Below, in pieces: positions 49,961 to 62,289 of a DNA stretch of 64,000 nt (within the stretch, counting starts at the first letter, position 1; each line of letters begins with the position of its first letter). Made by a program: the position numbers and the translations under genes. This DNA comes from Octopus sinensis (taxonomy: Eukaryota). The stretch is from positions 40,300,001-40,364,000 of the forward strand of contig NC_043004.1 in the NCBI RefSeq assembly GCF_006345805.1. Direction: 5' to 3'. A model generated the notes under the pieces. The model was not told the DNA's origin and ran no database searches. It saw only the letters and a program-made list of their open reading frames with translations.

Positions 49961-50927
49961 TCTTTATTTGAGAAAAACAGTTTTAATTATTCCTTTAAAA
50001 CAAACGTATTTCCATAACATACATTTGTCTGAATTTTCCGAGAGAAGTGATGGAGAACTGCTACAACTGACACTCAGTCACTTCCTTTGTAAATCCTGAT
50101 ATTATATACCTATATATAAATATAAAGCATTGTCTATATATATAGATATAAAGCGTTGTCTATAAATGCTTATCAATATAGGATTTCATTATAGGGACAA
50201 GTCTTCTGTGAAACGATCGTAAGATGCCTAAATAATTAATTCAAAACTTTTAAACTATCATATACATTATATGGTTATACTTATACATATTTACATATAT
50301 TTTTATACATATTTATATTTATTTATTTATATATTTTAATACAGCAATTATTTTTCACACGTGTATATCTTTCTCAGGAATTTTGATATTGATTTCCTAA
50401 TATCAATAATAATATATTATTAAAAAATATATATGTATATATGAGTAAATTAAGAAAAGATAACACAATAACTTCTGACTAATTTTTCTATTGTTAATAA
50501 TGTTTCACTGTACAATACCAAGAACACCTATTCCTATATATGTATGTGTGTGTGTGTGTATGATCAAGAATATGTGCATATCTATGTATTTATATATATA
50601 CTCTTTTACTCTTTTACGTGTTTCAGTCATTTGACTGCGGGCATGCTGGAGCACCACCTTTAGTCACGCAAAATGATCCCAGAACTTATTCCTTGTAAGC
50701 CTAGTACTTATTCTATTGGTGTCTTTTGCCAAACCGCTAAGTTACGGGGACGTAAACATACCAGCATCGGTTGTCAAGCAATGTTGGGGTGACAATCACA
50801 GACACACAAACATATACACGCACACACACACACACACATATATATTTATACACACACACGTATGTCTGTATCTATATCTATCTACCTATCTCTCTCTCAC
50901 TCACTCTCTCTCTCCTCTCTCTCTCTA

Positions 50928-50929
<2 letters not shown>

Positions 50930-50973
<44 letters not shown>

Positions 50974-51156
50974 TATGTATATTATATATATATATATAGT
51001 ATATATATATATATAGTTATATGATATATATGTATATAATATATGTATATATATATATGTTATATATATTATATGTATATATATATGTATATATATATGT
51101 ATATATATATATGTATAATATATATGTATATATATATATGTATATATATATGTATA

Positions 51157-51238
<82 letters not shown>

Positions 51239-51239
51239 C

Positions 51240-51280
<41 letters not shown>

Positions 51281-51318
51281 ATAATATATATATATATATA
51301 TATTACACAATTATATAT

Positions 51319-51371
<53 letters not shown>

Positions 51372-51385
51372 TATATATATATAAA
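50930..51385. repeat. Long imperfect (TA)n array
   Basis: Direct reading; a similar array lies at 52960-53250. Confidence 0.95.
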
Positions 51386-52959
51386 TAAAGTGAGCTGGCG
51401 GTAATGTTAGCATGCCGGGTGAAATGCTTAGTGGATGCTTAGTGGATGGTTAGTGGTATTTTGTCTGTCTTTATGTTCTGAGTTCAAATTCTGCTGAGGT
51501 TGACTTTGCCTTTCATCCTTTTGGGTTCAATAAATTAAGTACCATTTGCGTACTGAGATCGATCTAATTGATCTCAGTAATTGGCCCCTTCCCCAAAATT
51601 TCGGGCCTTGTGCCTAGAGTAGAAAAGAGTATGTATATATATATATATACACAGAAAGAGAGAGAGTGAGCAATAAAATACGTACAAGTACTAGGTTATA
51701 AAAAGTAAGTCTTGAGGTCAATTTGTTCAAAATAAAACTCTTCATAGTAGTGCCACAGTATGGCCACTACCAAAAATGACTGAAATAAATATAAAATAAG
51801 CAATAAAACATATAACATCATCGGCATCATCGTTTAACCTTCACCTTATATATGTGTGTATGTGTGTGTATGTGTGTGTGTGTGCATACATCTATAATAT
51901 ATATATGTTTATACACACATAAATACATATATAGATATATACATTGTATATAATTTAGAAATGTATGTCAACATATTCTGTTTTGTAGCTGAGATGGTAG
52001 AGCACTCAAGCACTTCCATGTATTAGGTATGTGGAGGTTGGCAAATCTCGATTCATTTGGTTGGATGAGCCTAAATGTAACACTGAATTCTCCCACTTAA
52101 TAATAAGAGTATACGAACAATACCTTTGAAATTCCACTGACCTAATTCCACATTAAAGTACTTCAACAATGACAGGAGTGTAGTTTGTATTATCAAGAAA
52201 TATATCTCAGTATATTGTATTCTACTGCAGTGATGCAGAGCCTTCGGTATTTCATTGTATAAAAGTTTTTGGAAAGCATTATATAGAGGAGAGGATGTAC
52301 AAGCAAGACATGCATTCAGTATGCATGTAAAAGTATAGATGCATAAATTATTGATACAAAAATATGTAAATATTTCTTCTTAGATTTTTCCTGATATTGT
52401 TAGCAGAGCCATTCCTTTCAGAAACACGGAGAAGCAAAGATGGAACTGGAGCAGTTCTGGGTATTATGTTATCTAAACAATAGCTGTTCCTCCCTGCCAT
52501 CCATGCAACCACCACACTAAGCCATTGGCGTCGGCATCATCATTGTCATCATCATCATCCTCATAACCACCATCATCATCATCATCACCACCACCACCAC
52601 TATCATCATCACCACCACCACCTTCATCATCATCATCATCATTATCATCTCACCACCATCACCATCATCATTTTAACATTCACTTTTCCAGGCTTGCATG
52701 GGTCAGACTGAGTTGATTGAGGCAGATTTTCCTATGCCCAGATGCCCTTCCTGTTGCCAACCTTCACCTTGTTCCCGGGCAAGGTAATATGTCCCCATGG
52801 CCAGATACATTCTTACAGATTAATGGAAATAAATGACACCGCATGTATGACAGGGACAATCAATTTACAGCAACTATCATGCAATGTCAAGAGAAAGACA
52901 CAAACATTTACTCACTCACACACACACATGCACATGCACACACACACATATGTATATGC

Positions 52960-52994
<35 letters not shown>

Positions 52995-53028
52995 TGTATG
53001 TATATATATATATTATATATATATATAT

Positions 53029-53075
<47 letters not shown>

Positions 53076-53115
53076 TATACATATATACTATACATATATG
53101 TATATATATATATAC

Positions 53116-53245
<130 letters not shown>

Positions 53246-54234
53246 CATGCTTATATGTATATATTTATGTGTGTGCATCTTTGTGTCTGTGTTTGTCTCC
53301 CTACCATTGGTAGACAACTGATGTTGGTGTGTAAAAGAGACTGATAGAATTAGTACTAGGCTTACAAAGTATAAGTCCTTGGGCTGATTTCTTTGACTAA
53401 AAGACTCAGTAAGGTTGTGCTCCAGCATGGCTGCAGTCAAATGAGCGAAACAAGTAAAAGAATAAAAGAATAAAAGCAGATTTCGACTCAAGTCAAATAT
53501 AAGAGATTATTCCAAATCATTGTTAGAGAAGCTGCATAAATGGAGTCTGGACCAGTTAGTTTGTAGTGGCATCAAGTCATATAAGTTGTAATAGTGAAGT
53601 CTAACCAAACTGCGATATTTTGAAATATTTACATTTCAATATCTGCGTAATATATAACAGGGGATTTATCCATCACATAAATGGAGGTGCAATGGCCCAG
53701 TGGTTAGGGCAGTGGACTCGCAGTCAGGATTGTGGTTTCGATTCCCAGACTGGGCGTTGTGTGTGTTTATTGAGCGCAAGCACCTAAAGCTCCACAAGGC
53801 TCCGGCAGACCCCTGTTGTACTCTTTTGCTCCAACTTTCTCTCAAAAAAGGTGGAGGCACGTGGCCCAGTGGTTAGAGCAGCGGACTCACGGTCGAGCGA
53901 TCGTGGGTTCGAATCTCAGACCGGGCGATGTGTGTGTTTATGGGCAAAACACCTAAGCTCCACGCAGCTCTGGCAGAAGGTAATGGCGAACTTCAGCTGA
54001 CTCTTTTGCCACAACTTTCTCTCACTCTTTCCTCCTGAATCTTGCAGCTCACCTGCGATAGGCCGGTGTCCCGTCCAGGTGGGGAACCTATATGCCAAAA
54101 AACTGGTAAACCGGCCCTTATGAGCCACGCATGGCTCGAGAAGGAACAAACAATAAAAAAAAAACATCACATAAATCTTCTTCAATTACAGCAATCCATA
54201 TTTTTGAAATGCTTGAACTGAGAAAGGTTTACAT

Positions 54235-54610
54235 CAGGGTTGGCCAACCCAAGGCCCACAGGCCACATGCTGCCCACAGGTCACATGCTGCCCACAGACT
54301 TGTATCATGTGGCCCACTTGATACTTCTTGAAATGGGTTTATTTTAACAAGCATTTAAAAAATTTTATCAAAAATTAAATATTGCAATGAAAAGTAAAAA
54401 AGGAAGATATCATTTTTACAACAATAATATTTCATGCTGAATCAATGATCATTCATTTATTATTGTAATAATAGCAATGATCATTCATTCATTATTGTAA
54501 TAATAGCAGGAGAAAGCAGAATGCTTTCAATTTTGTCAGTATATAAGTGACCCTCAAAAAACTTTCTGTAATTAAAGTGGCCGCAATGTAACTTGAACTG
54601 GATAGGCCTG
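54235..54610. mobile_element. hAT-type MITE
   Basis: Starts cagggttggccaacc..ggcccacaggccacatg, ends ggcctg; imperfect 8-bp TSD gtttacat / gtttacta. Confidence 0.7.
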
Positions 54611-54913
54611 GTTTACTACATAACAGATAAATTTCACATTGGACATTACATAAGCCTGAAATGTGCATATTTAAAGATTTCAAAAAATCATTATTTGATT
54701 TAGCTTCATTATTGCTACACACACATGCCTGCATGCACACACGTACGCACACACACACATATCCTTGGCATTAGGAAGGATATCCAGCTGTAGAAACCAA
54801 ACCAAATCAGATTGGAATCTGGTAGAGCTCCTTGGCATGCCAGCTCTGGTCAAACTGTCCAACCCACCAACCCATGCTAGCATGGAAAACAGACATTAAA
54901 AGATAATGATGAT

Positions 54914-54944
<31 letters not shown>

Positions 54945-54947
<3 letters not shown>

Positions 54948-55170
54948 CTTTACTGCCCACAAGAGGCTAAACATAGAGCGGACAATCAAGGACAAAGGGA
55001 TAAAGTCAATTACATCGATCCCAGTGCGAAACTGGTACTTTATTTATCGAGCCTGAAAAGGATGAAAGGTAAAGTCGACCTCGGCGGAATTTGAACTCAG
55101 ACCGTAACGACAGACGAAATACAGCTATGCATTTCGCCCGGCGTGCTAACGTTTCTGCCAGCTCGCTGCC
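54945..55170 (-). mobile_element. Young SINE family B
   Basis: Reverse complement of 57144-57374. Confidence 0.9.
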
Positions 55171-55173
55171 TTG

Positions 55174-55252
<79 letters not shown>

Positions 55253-55601
55253 GGTGGATGTGGGAGTTGGGGTGTGGGGAGCAGCAGGGCAGTGAGGATC
55301 AAGAAAGAAGATTGGAAAACAATCATAATTTATGAAGAGGAAATGTGAAGAAGAGAAAGATGTAGTTATTTATTATCATCTTATAACCATCTCATAATAA
55401 TGACCTTTATGACTCGTATTACTACCTCAGCAATCTAAATGTATAATTTGTCACTACCTGTCATAAAGAGCCTTTTTCTATTGCAATATGCAATTTTCAT
55501 TGATTTTTCATATTTTACCCTTACATTTCCACGTGTATTTTATATTTTCTTTTCTAACATATTTCTACTATATATAATATATATATATATAATATATATA
55601 G

Positions 55602-55647
<46 letters not shown>

Positions 55648-56443
55648 CATCATCATCATCATCATCATCGTTTAGCGTCCGCTTTCCATGCTAACATGAG
55701 TTGGACGGGTCAACTGGGGGTCTGTGAAGCTGGAAGGCTTCGTCAGGCCCAGTCAGATCTGGCAGTGTTTCTACGGCTGGATGCCCTTCCTAACGCCAAC
55801 CACTCCGCGAGTGTAGTGGGTGTTTTACATATATATATATTTCTTCTTCTATTGTTTTACTTGTTTCAGTCTTTAGACTATGGCCATGCTGGGGCATCAT
55901 CCTGAGTATATTTATAATAGAAAGAAATGAGATCAGGTGTCTGTCAGTAGGTTAAAATTAAAGTGGGAAAATATGGAGACTATGTGGGAGTTCCTGGTAA
56001 ATTAATAAGAATTGATTTCATTCTTGCATCTTGGAATAGGAATGGAAAGACAAAAGAGTCAAAAATATCAAAGAGCAAATTGTTATAAAGATCAAGAGTG
56101 TCTATTAGTAGGTTACACCAGAAGAAGGGAAATAGGGGGGAAGAGTAAGTGAGTGATGTTGTGGGGGGTGGATTGTTCCAGTTAAATAGTTAAATATTGA
56201 TCCAGTCAATCAGTGATCTTTCCAATGCTATGGGAGGTATTTGTCAAAGTCCCATTCTCTCTCACTCCCTCTCTCTCTCTTTCTCTTCTCTCTCTTTCTC
56301 TTCTCTCTCTTTCCTCCTCTCTTTCTCTCACCTCATGCATACACCCACACACGCACATATCATATATATATACATATGTATATCATGTATATGTATACGT
56401 ACACATGTTTGTGTATGCGTGTGTGGATGTGCATATGCATGCA

Positions 56444-56478
<35 letters not shown>

Positions 56479-56624
56479 TTGTGCATGTATGTGTGCATGT
56501 ATATATATGTTTATATGTATGCTTATATATATATGTGTGTGTGTACGTGTGTGTATGCACAGCATATACATATATCAGTATATGTAAATATGTGTGTGTG
56601 TATGATGTATGTATGTATATATGT

Positions 56625-56693
56625 ATAATAATAATAATAAAATAATAATAATAATGAAATAATAATAATAATAATAATAACAATAATAATAAC

Positions 56694-56731
<38 letters not shown>

Positions 56732-56765
56732 CAACAATAATAATAATAAGGATTATTATTATTAG
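56625..56765. repeat. (AAT/AAC)n
   Basis: Direct reading. Confidence 0.95.
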
Positions 56766-57143
56766 TATTATCTAACTGTGAGCAAACTGGTAAGTGTTCA
56801 GAGAAATCTCTATGTATATGCATACACATAAATATATATGTATGTATATATGCACTCACATACATACTCATAGAGAAAGCGAGAAAGAGAATAAGCTAGC
56901 ATATTATTTCACCCATTTACTACAACTGATTAAAGCAGAATGAAGCTAAGTAGCATTTGCTGGATTGTCTCCCTTGCTCAATTCTACATTTACTGGTGTT
57001 TTTCATTGTGTATTTTATTTTTTTATCTTATACTAACAAAATGTTCAGTTTCAGCAATTAATTTTTCACCACCTGCATACTTATGTTTGGCGCTTTGATT
57101 TCTGTTTATTCCAGGTCAATGCAAAGTCTATAGTAATAAGATA

Positions 57144-57374
57144 GATGAGCTGGCAGAAACGTTAGCACGCCGGGTGAAATGTGTAGCTGTATTTCATCTG
57201 TCGTTACGTTCCAAGTTCAAATTCCGCCGAGGTCGACTTTGCCTTTCATCCTTTTGGGGTCGATTAAATAAATACCAGTTACGCACTGGGGTCGATATAA
57301 TCAACTTAATTCCTTTGTCTGTCCTTGTTTGCCCCCTCTGTGTTTAGCCCCTTGTGGGCAGTAAAGAAATATAG
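57144..57374 (+). mobile_element. Full-length SINE family B with 12-bp TSD
   Basis: TSD agtaataagata at 57132-43 and 57375-86. Confidence 0.9.
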
Positions 57375-57613
57375 AGTAATAAGATACTGGATTCAAAGAA
57401 GAAGAATATTTGAATGAAATAACCATGATCTGTGCATCATTGCTGGGATGTGTATATTATGGTCGAAATTCTATAGAAATGTTGGAAAGAAGTAAATCAA
57501 ATAAACCACAGAGGAATCTGGATAAATAGAATCATAAGAATTACTTTCTTGAATCTTCCTAGATCATCTTTCAGTAGACATAATACTATATAATATATAT
57601 TGATTTACATACG

Positions 57614-58010
57614 TAGGCGTAGGAGTGGCTGTGTGGTAAGTAGATTGCTTACGAACCACATGGTTCCGGGTTCAGTACCACTGCGTGGCACCTTGGGCAA
57701 GTGTCTACTACTATAGCCTCGGGCTGATCAAAGCCTTGTGAGTGGATTTGGTAGACGGAAACTGAAGGAAGCCTGTCGTATATATGTATATATATATATA
57801 TATGTGTATATTTGTGTGTTGTGTTTATCCCCCCAACATTACTTGACAACCGATGCTAGTGTGTTTACATCACCATAACTTAATGGTTCGGCAAAAGGGA
57901 CCGATAGAATAAGTACTAGGCTTACAAAGAATAAGTCCTGGGGTCGATTTGCTCGACTAAAGGCGGTGCTCCAGCATGGCCACAGTCAAATGACTGAAAC
58001 AAGTAAATGA
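57614..58010 (+). mobile_element. Full-length SINE family A
   Basis: Intact head, box and tail. Confidence 0.9.
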
Positions 58011-58297
58011 GTATACTAATAAAGTAGTTTTAGACACATTATCCTTCGTTTTTTACATGCACCCTCAGTTCCAATCTCAACAGAAAAATATTTTCAATCT
58101 TTTTGGGTACACATACCAAAACAAAGTGTGTCTCAAAAGAGTTAAAAGTACACAAAAATATACATTAAGTGTATTTTATTACATACAAACTACAATATAT
58201 AAAGGGTAAGTTTGCAAAATAAACAAAAGACGAAGGCAGGTGGAGTACAAACAAACAAATGTATTAGTATAGTGCTCAGGAATAGAAATAGTAATAG

Positions 58298-58335
58298 TCT
58301 TTTACGTTTTGAGCCTACGCTCTTCAACAGAAAGA
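58298..58335 (-). ncRNA. Variant hammerhead-like motif
   Basis: UCUUU-CUGUUGA-A-GAGC[GUAG]GCUC-AAAA-CGU-A-AAAGA: 5-bp stem I, ACGU palindrome; A6U and G12A changes. Confidence 0.35.
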
Positions 58336-58482
58336 TACATGGAAAAAAACAAGGAGAGAAAAAAATGCGTGTAGGAGCTAACGATCTATCATGGCATCCT
58401 ACAATATACATGAATATGTCCTCAAACATTTCATAAGCAGAGAATGCATTACACCAAACTATTAATCAACAATCGTAGTATA

Positions 58483-59353
58483 CAGGATGTGGTGAATAAA
58501 CTGTTGCCTAAATTACGCAAAAATGAAAATTACACTGACATCTTATTTCAACAGATATATTTACCAAAATTACATAAAAATTTCTTGAAACACTAAAGAG
58601 TAAATTTATTAAATATAATCGCCATTGGCTTCAACCACAGCCTCCAGACAACTTTGGAATCTCCTACAACTCTTCTGGATGGTCTCCTTGCTTAAGTTGG
58701 TGAATGCTGCCATAATCCTTGCCTTCAGTTCATCTTTGGTGTTACAACGAGTTTTGTTGGTCTCTCGCTCAACTATGTCCCACACAACAATAAAGAGGGT
58801 TGCAGTCTCGAGAGTTAGGTGGTCAGATGTTAGGGGTGATGTAGTCACAGAAATTGCCTGACAGCCATGACTGGGATCTCCTATTTATGTGGCATGGTAT
58901 AGAGTCCTGTTGCCAGATATAGGGTGTTCCAGCAGCCATCCTCTTGACCCAGGGCAGCACTACCTCCTCCGGACACTTGTGTGGGAAGATGAAGATGAAT
59001 GGTAGCATAACATTGCCATCACTAGTGGTTACTCCAAACACCAGGATGCTGGCTGGATGTTTGATTTATATTACTCTTGGTACATGTCTACAGATTGCAC
59101 TGACCTCAGATTAACACCCAAACACTCTGAAATGTTCATATTGGAACTTCTGACGTGAAAGCCAAGCAGTACAGCATGTTGTTTCTAAATTTCTGGAAGA
59201 GTGAATTGTGTCATGGTACTGCTTCTCTCACAGACGGTGCCCAACTGACCCTCCTATACTGTGTAGTTGACAAAATCAAAAAAAAAAAAAATGCATGGGC
59301 ATGCATGAAATTAAAAAGATACAAAATGGCAACAATTTACCCATTGCACCCTG
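58483..59353 (-). mobile_element. Degenerate Tc1/mariner (maT/DD37D-like) element
   Basis: TA flanks; TIRs caggatgtggtgaataaactgttgcc / ggcaacaatttacccattgcaccctg; minus relics YIWQQDSIPCH and VWDIVERETNKTRCNTKDELKARI. Confidence 0.85.
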
Positions 59354-60204
59354 TATATATAGGCATGGCTGTGTGCGGAAGAAGCAAGCTTTAAAACTAC
59401 ATGGTTTTAGGTTCAGTTTCAGGCTTAATAAAGCCTTGCGAGTGGATTTTGTAGACAGAAACTGAAAGAACCCCTTCGTGTTTGTGTGTGTGTGTGTGTG
59501 TCTGTCTGTGTGTGTGTGTGTGTGTGTGTCTGTCTGTGTGTTTGAGAGTGTGTGTATGTCTATGCCTCTTTGTCTTGACAACATGTGATTGTGGCAAAGA
59601 AATATTACTGTCATACAAGCATTGTCATTTCCAATATTTTGGCATAAACATGTCTGGCCGCAGGAAAATATTACTTTGCTTGCAAACAACTGAGGGTTGG
59701 TGACAGGAAGAGCATCTGGTCACAGAAGATCTGCTACAGTAATCTCCATCCACCCCATTGTAAGCATGGGAATGTGGATGCTAAAATGACAATGATGATG
59801 ATGATGATGATAATGACAATGATGAGGATGATGACAACAATAATGATGATGATGATGAGGAGGAGGAGGAGGAGGAGAATGGTGATGATGATGATGATGA
59901 ACAAGATACTACAAAAACTCTAAAATAAACAGAATTTTTAATAATAAACTTTATAGTGCATACACCAGAGAAGTAGTTACAAATGACCGATGTTACTTTA
60001 AAATTTTAATGCAAGCATTAATGTTTAAACTCCATGAGTCCTGCTATTTCATTAGCCATAACACAAAACAAAACTAGACAGGTAAACATTAATGGACAAT
60101 ATATCGGTACACCAGAGAATTCTCCTAAAAACTGATGATTAAGAATGAATGTCATGCACATAACACAGGACTATATGAAAATAGTGACACAAGCAATCAA
60201 CCTT

Positions 60205-60600
60205 TCTTTTATTCTGGTACTTGTTTCGGTCATTAGACTTCGGCCATGCTGGGGCACTGCCTTCAAGAATTTTTAGCCAAATAAATCGACCCCAGTACTT
60301 TAATTTTTAAAGCCTGGTACTTATTTTATTGGTTTCTTTTGCTGAACCACTAGGTTATGGAAATGTAAACACACCAACAGCAACTGTCATTTCATGGCAG
60401 TGGGGAAAGACACAGACAAAAAGACACATGCACATATATACAACAGGCTCCTTTCAATTTCCATCTACCAAATCTACTCTCAAGGCTTTGGGTCAGCCTG
60501 AGGCTGTAGTAGAAGAAAATTGCCAAATGTACTATGCAGTGGGACTGAACCCAGAACCTTGTGGTTGGGAAGCAAGCTTCTTAGTTCACAGCCACACCTG
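60205..60600 (-). mobile_element. SINE family A
   Basis: Reverse complement of the family. Confidence 0.8.
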
Positions 60601-60947
60601 TGTCTATAAACTAAGTAATGAGGAAACATTGTTGACATATAAATCTAATAGTTAGTATTTAAACGTTTAGCAATTAAACAGGTGATATCCTACTTCTTCT
60701 ATCTTCAATTGTATTATTTTGATTGCATCAATCAAACTGGTTACATAAACATATTTGTATATGGAATGTCAAAACATGCTGGCACTGAATCCTTCGAAAA
60801 TCTGTAGAGATGTATGTGTATGTATGCATATATATGTGCAAATATATATATATATATATTATATATTATATATATATATATATCATCATCATCATCATCA
60901 TCATCGTTTAACGTCCGCGCTAGCATGGGTTGATATATATATATATA

Positions 60948-61001
<54 letters not shown>

Positions 61002-61058
61002 TATATGTGCATATACATATGCATACATATATATGTGTGCATATAGATATACATACAC

Positions 61059-61104
<46 letters not shown>

Positions 61105-61360
61105 TATGTTCATATATATATATCTATACACACACACATATATATACATACATGTATATATAATAATAATATGAGGGAATTATTCTTTTCTTATATATGA
61201 TAAAATTTTATTTTTATAGATATAGTAAATATTTATACATTTTTATTCTAATTTTTTTTATTTAAACAAGTATATATTTGGTAAGATATTTCGTATTTTA
61301 TAAGATTATATACGTATATTTATTAATTTATCTAATAAATTATTTTATTGTTTTATCTTT

Positions 61361-61441
61361 AACCTGAAGAGTGACTATATTTATATTGAAGTGATTTAAC
61401 TATTATCATTTCTTAAATATAGCCACGAAACATGTGTAGTT
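61361..61441 (+). ncRNA. Type-I hammerhead ribozyme-like fold with canonical core
   Basis: AAC-CUGAAGA-GUGACUAUAUUUA..UAAAUAUAGCCAC-GAAA-CAUGUGU-A-GUU: G10.1-C11.1, 13-bp stem II with one mismatch, self-complementary stem III, GUA triplet, 3-bp stem I. Confidence 0.55.
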
Positions 61442-62289
61442 TTTCTACCAAATATATACGTTTTATTTATTATTTTGCACATTACTTAAACATTGGTGTG
61501 CATTTTATCTTATATTTAATCTTTCAATAAGATGTAATTTTTCTAAATGGTATAATTTAATTTTTTCATTACTGAATTGATAAAAGGTGTGTTTTTTTTC
61601 TAATTTATATATATATATACATATGCATACATATATATTTACACACACACACATATATATAAGGGAGAATTCATTAGAAAAATATGTATACTTGGCCAGT
61701 GGTCGGAAATAAGGTAAAGGATGACTTGTCCGAGAAAATAACATTCTACCACTGCTCTAGGGTAACGTTCTAGGTGCAATAGCATGGTCAGTCATGACTG
61801 AAGGAGGTCTTAGTATATATATATAATATATATATATATATTGTTTTTAACGGCCCCACTTGAATTCAAACTGTTTACCCCCCAGACTTCCTTCCTACGA
61901 AAAATACGAAAAATGAATCCAAGTTAAGCAATCTATATTTAATTTCAACACCCGTACCTACTTAACTATCTGCAACTGATCTGATCTTTTAGTTAGCCCT
62001 GTTTTATCTCTATTATTATTGTTATGACTTGTGTAATTTAGCCTCACGCCTTGTGTTTTTATATGTACATATAATTCTATAGTTCATCTTAATTATATAT
62101 CGTTGTCTCATGTCTTGTGTTAAATATATATTTAATCTTATAGCTTGCCCCTAATTTTATCGATCAGTCTCATGCCTCGTAGATATAGAATAAATGTATT
62201 TATAATTTATAGCTCTTTATCGCTCACGCTTCTCCCATAGATTAGGCAAAATTTAGGTATTTATAGCTACTAATAACTATTTCTCTCCT

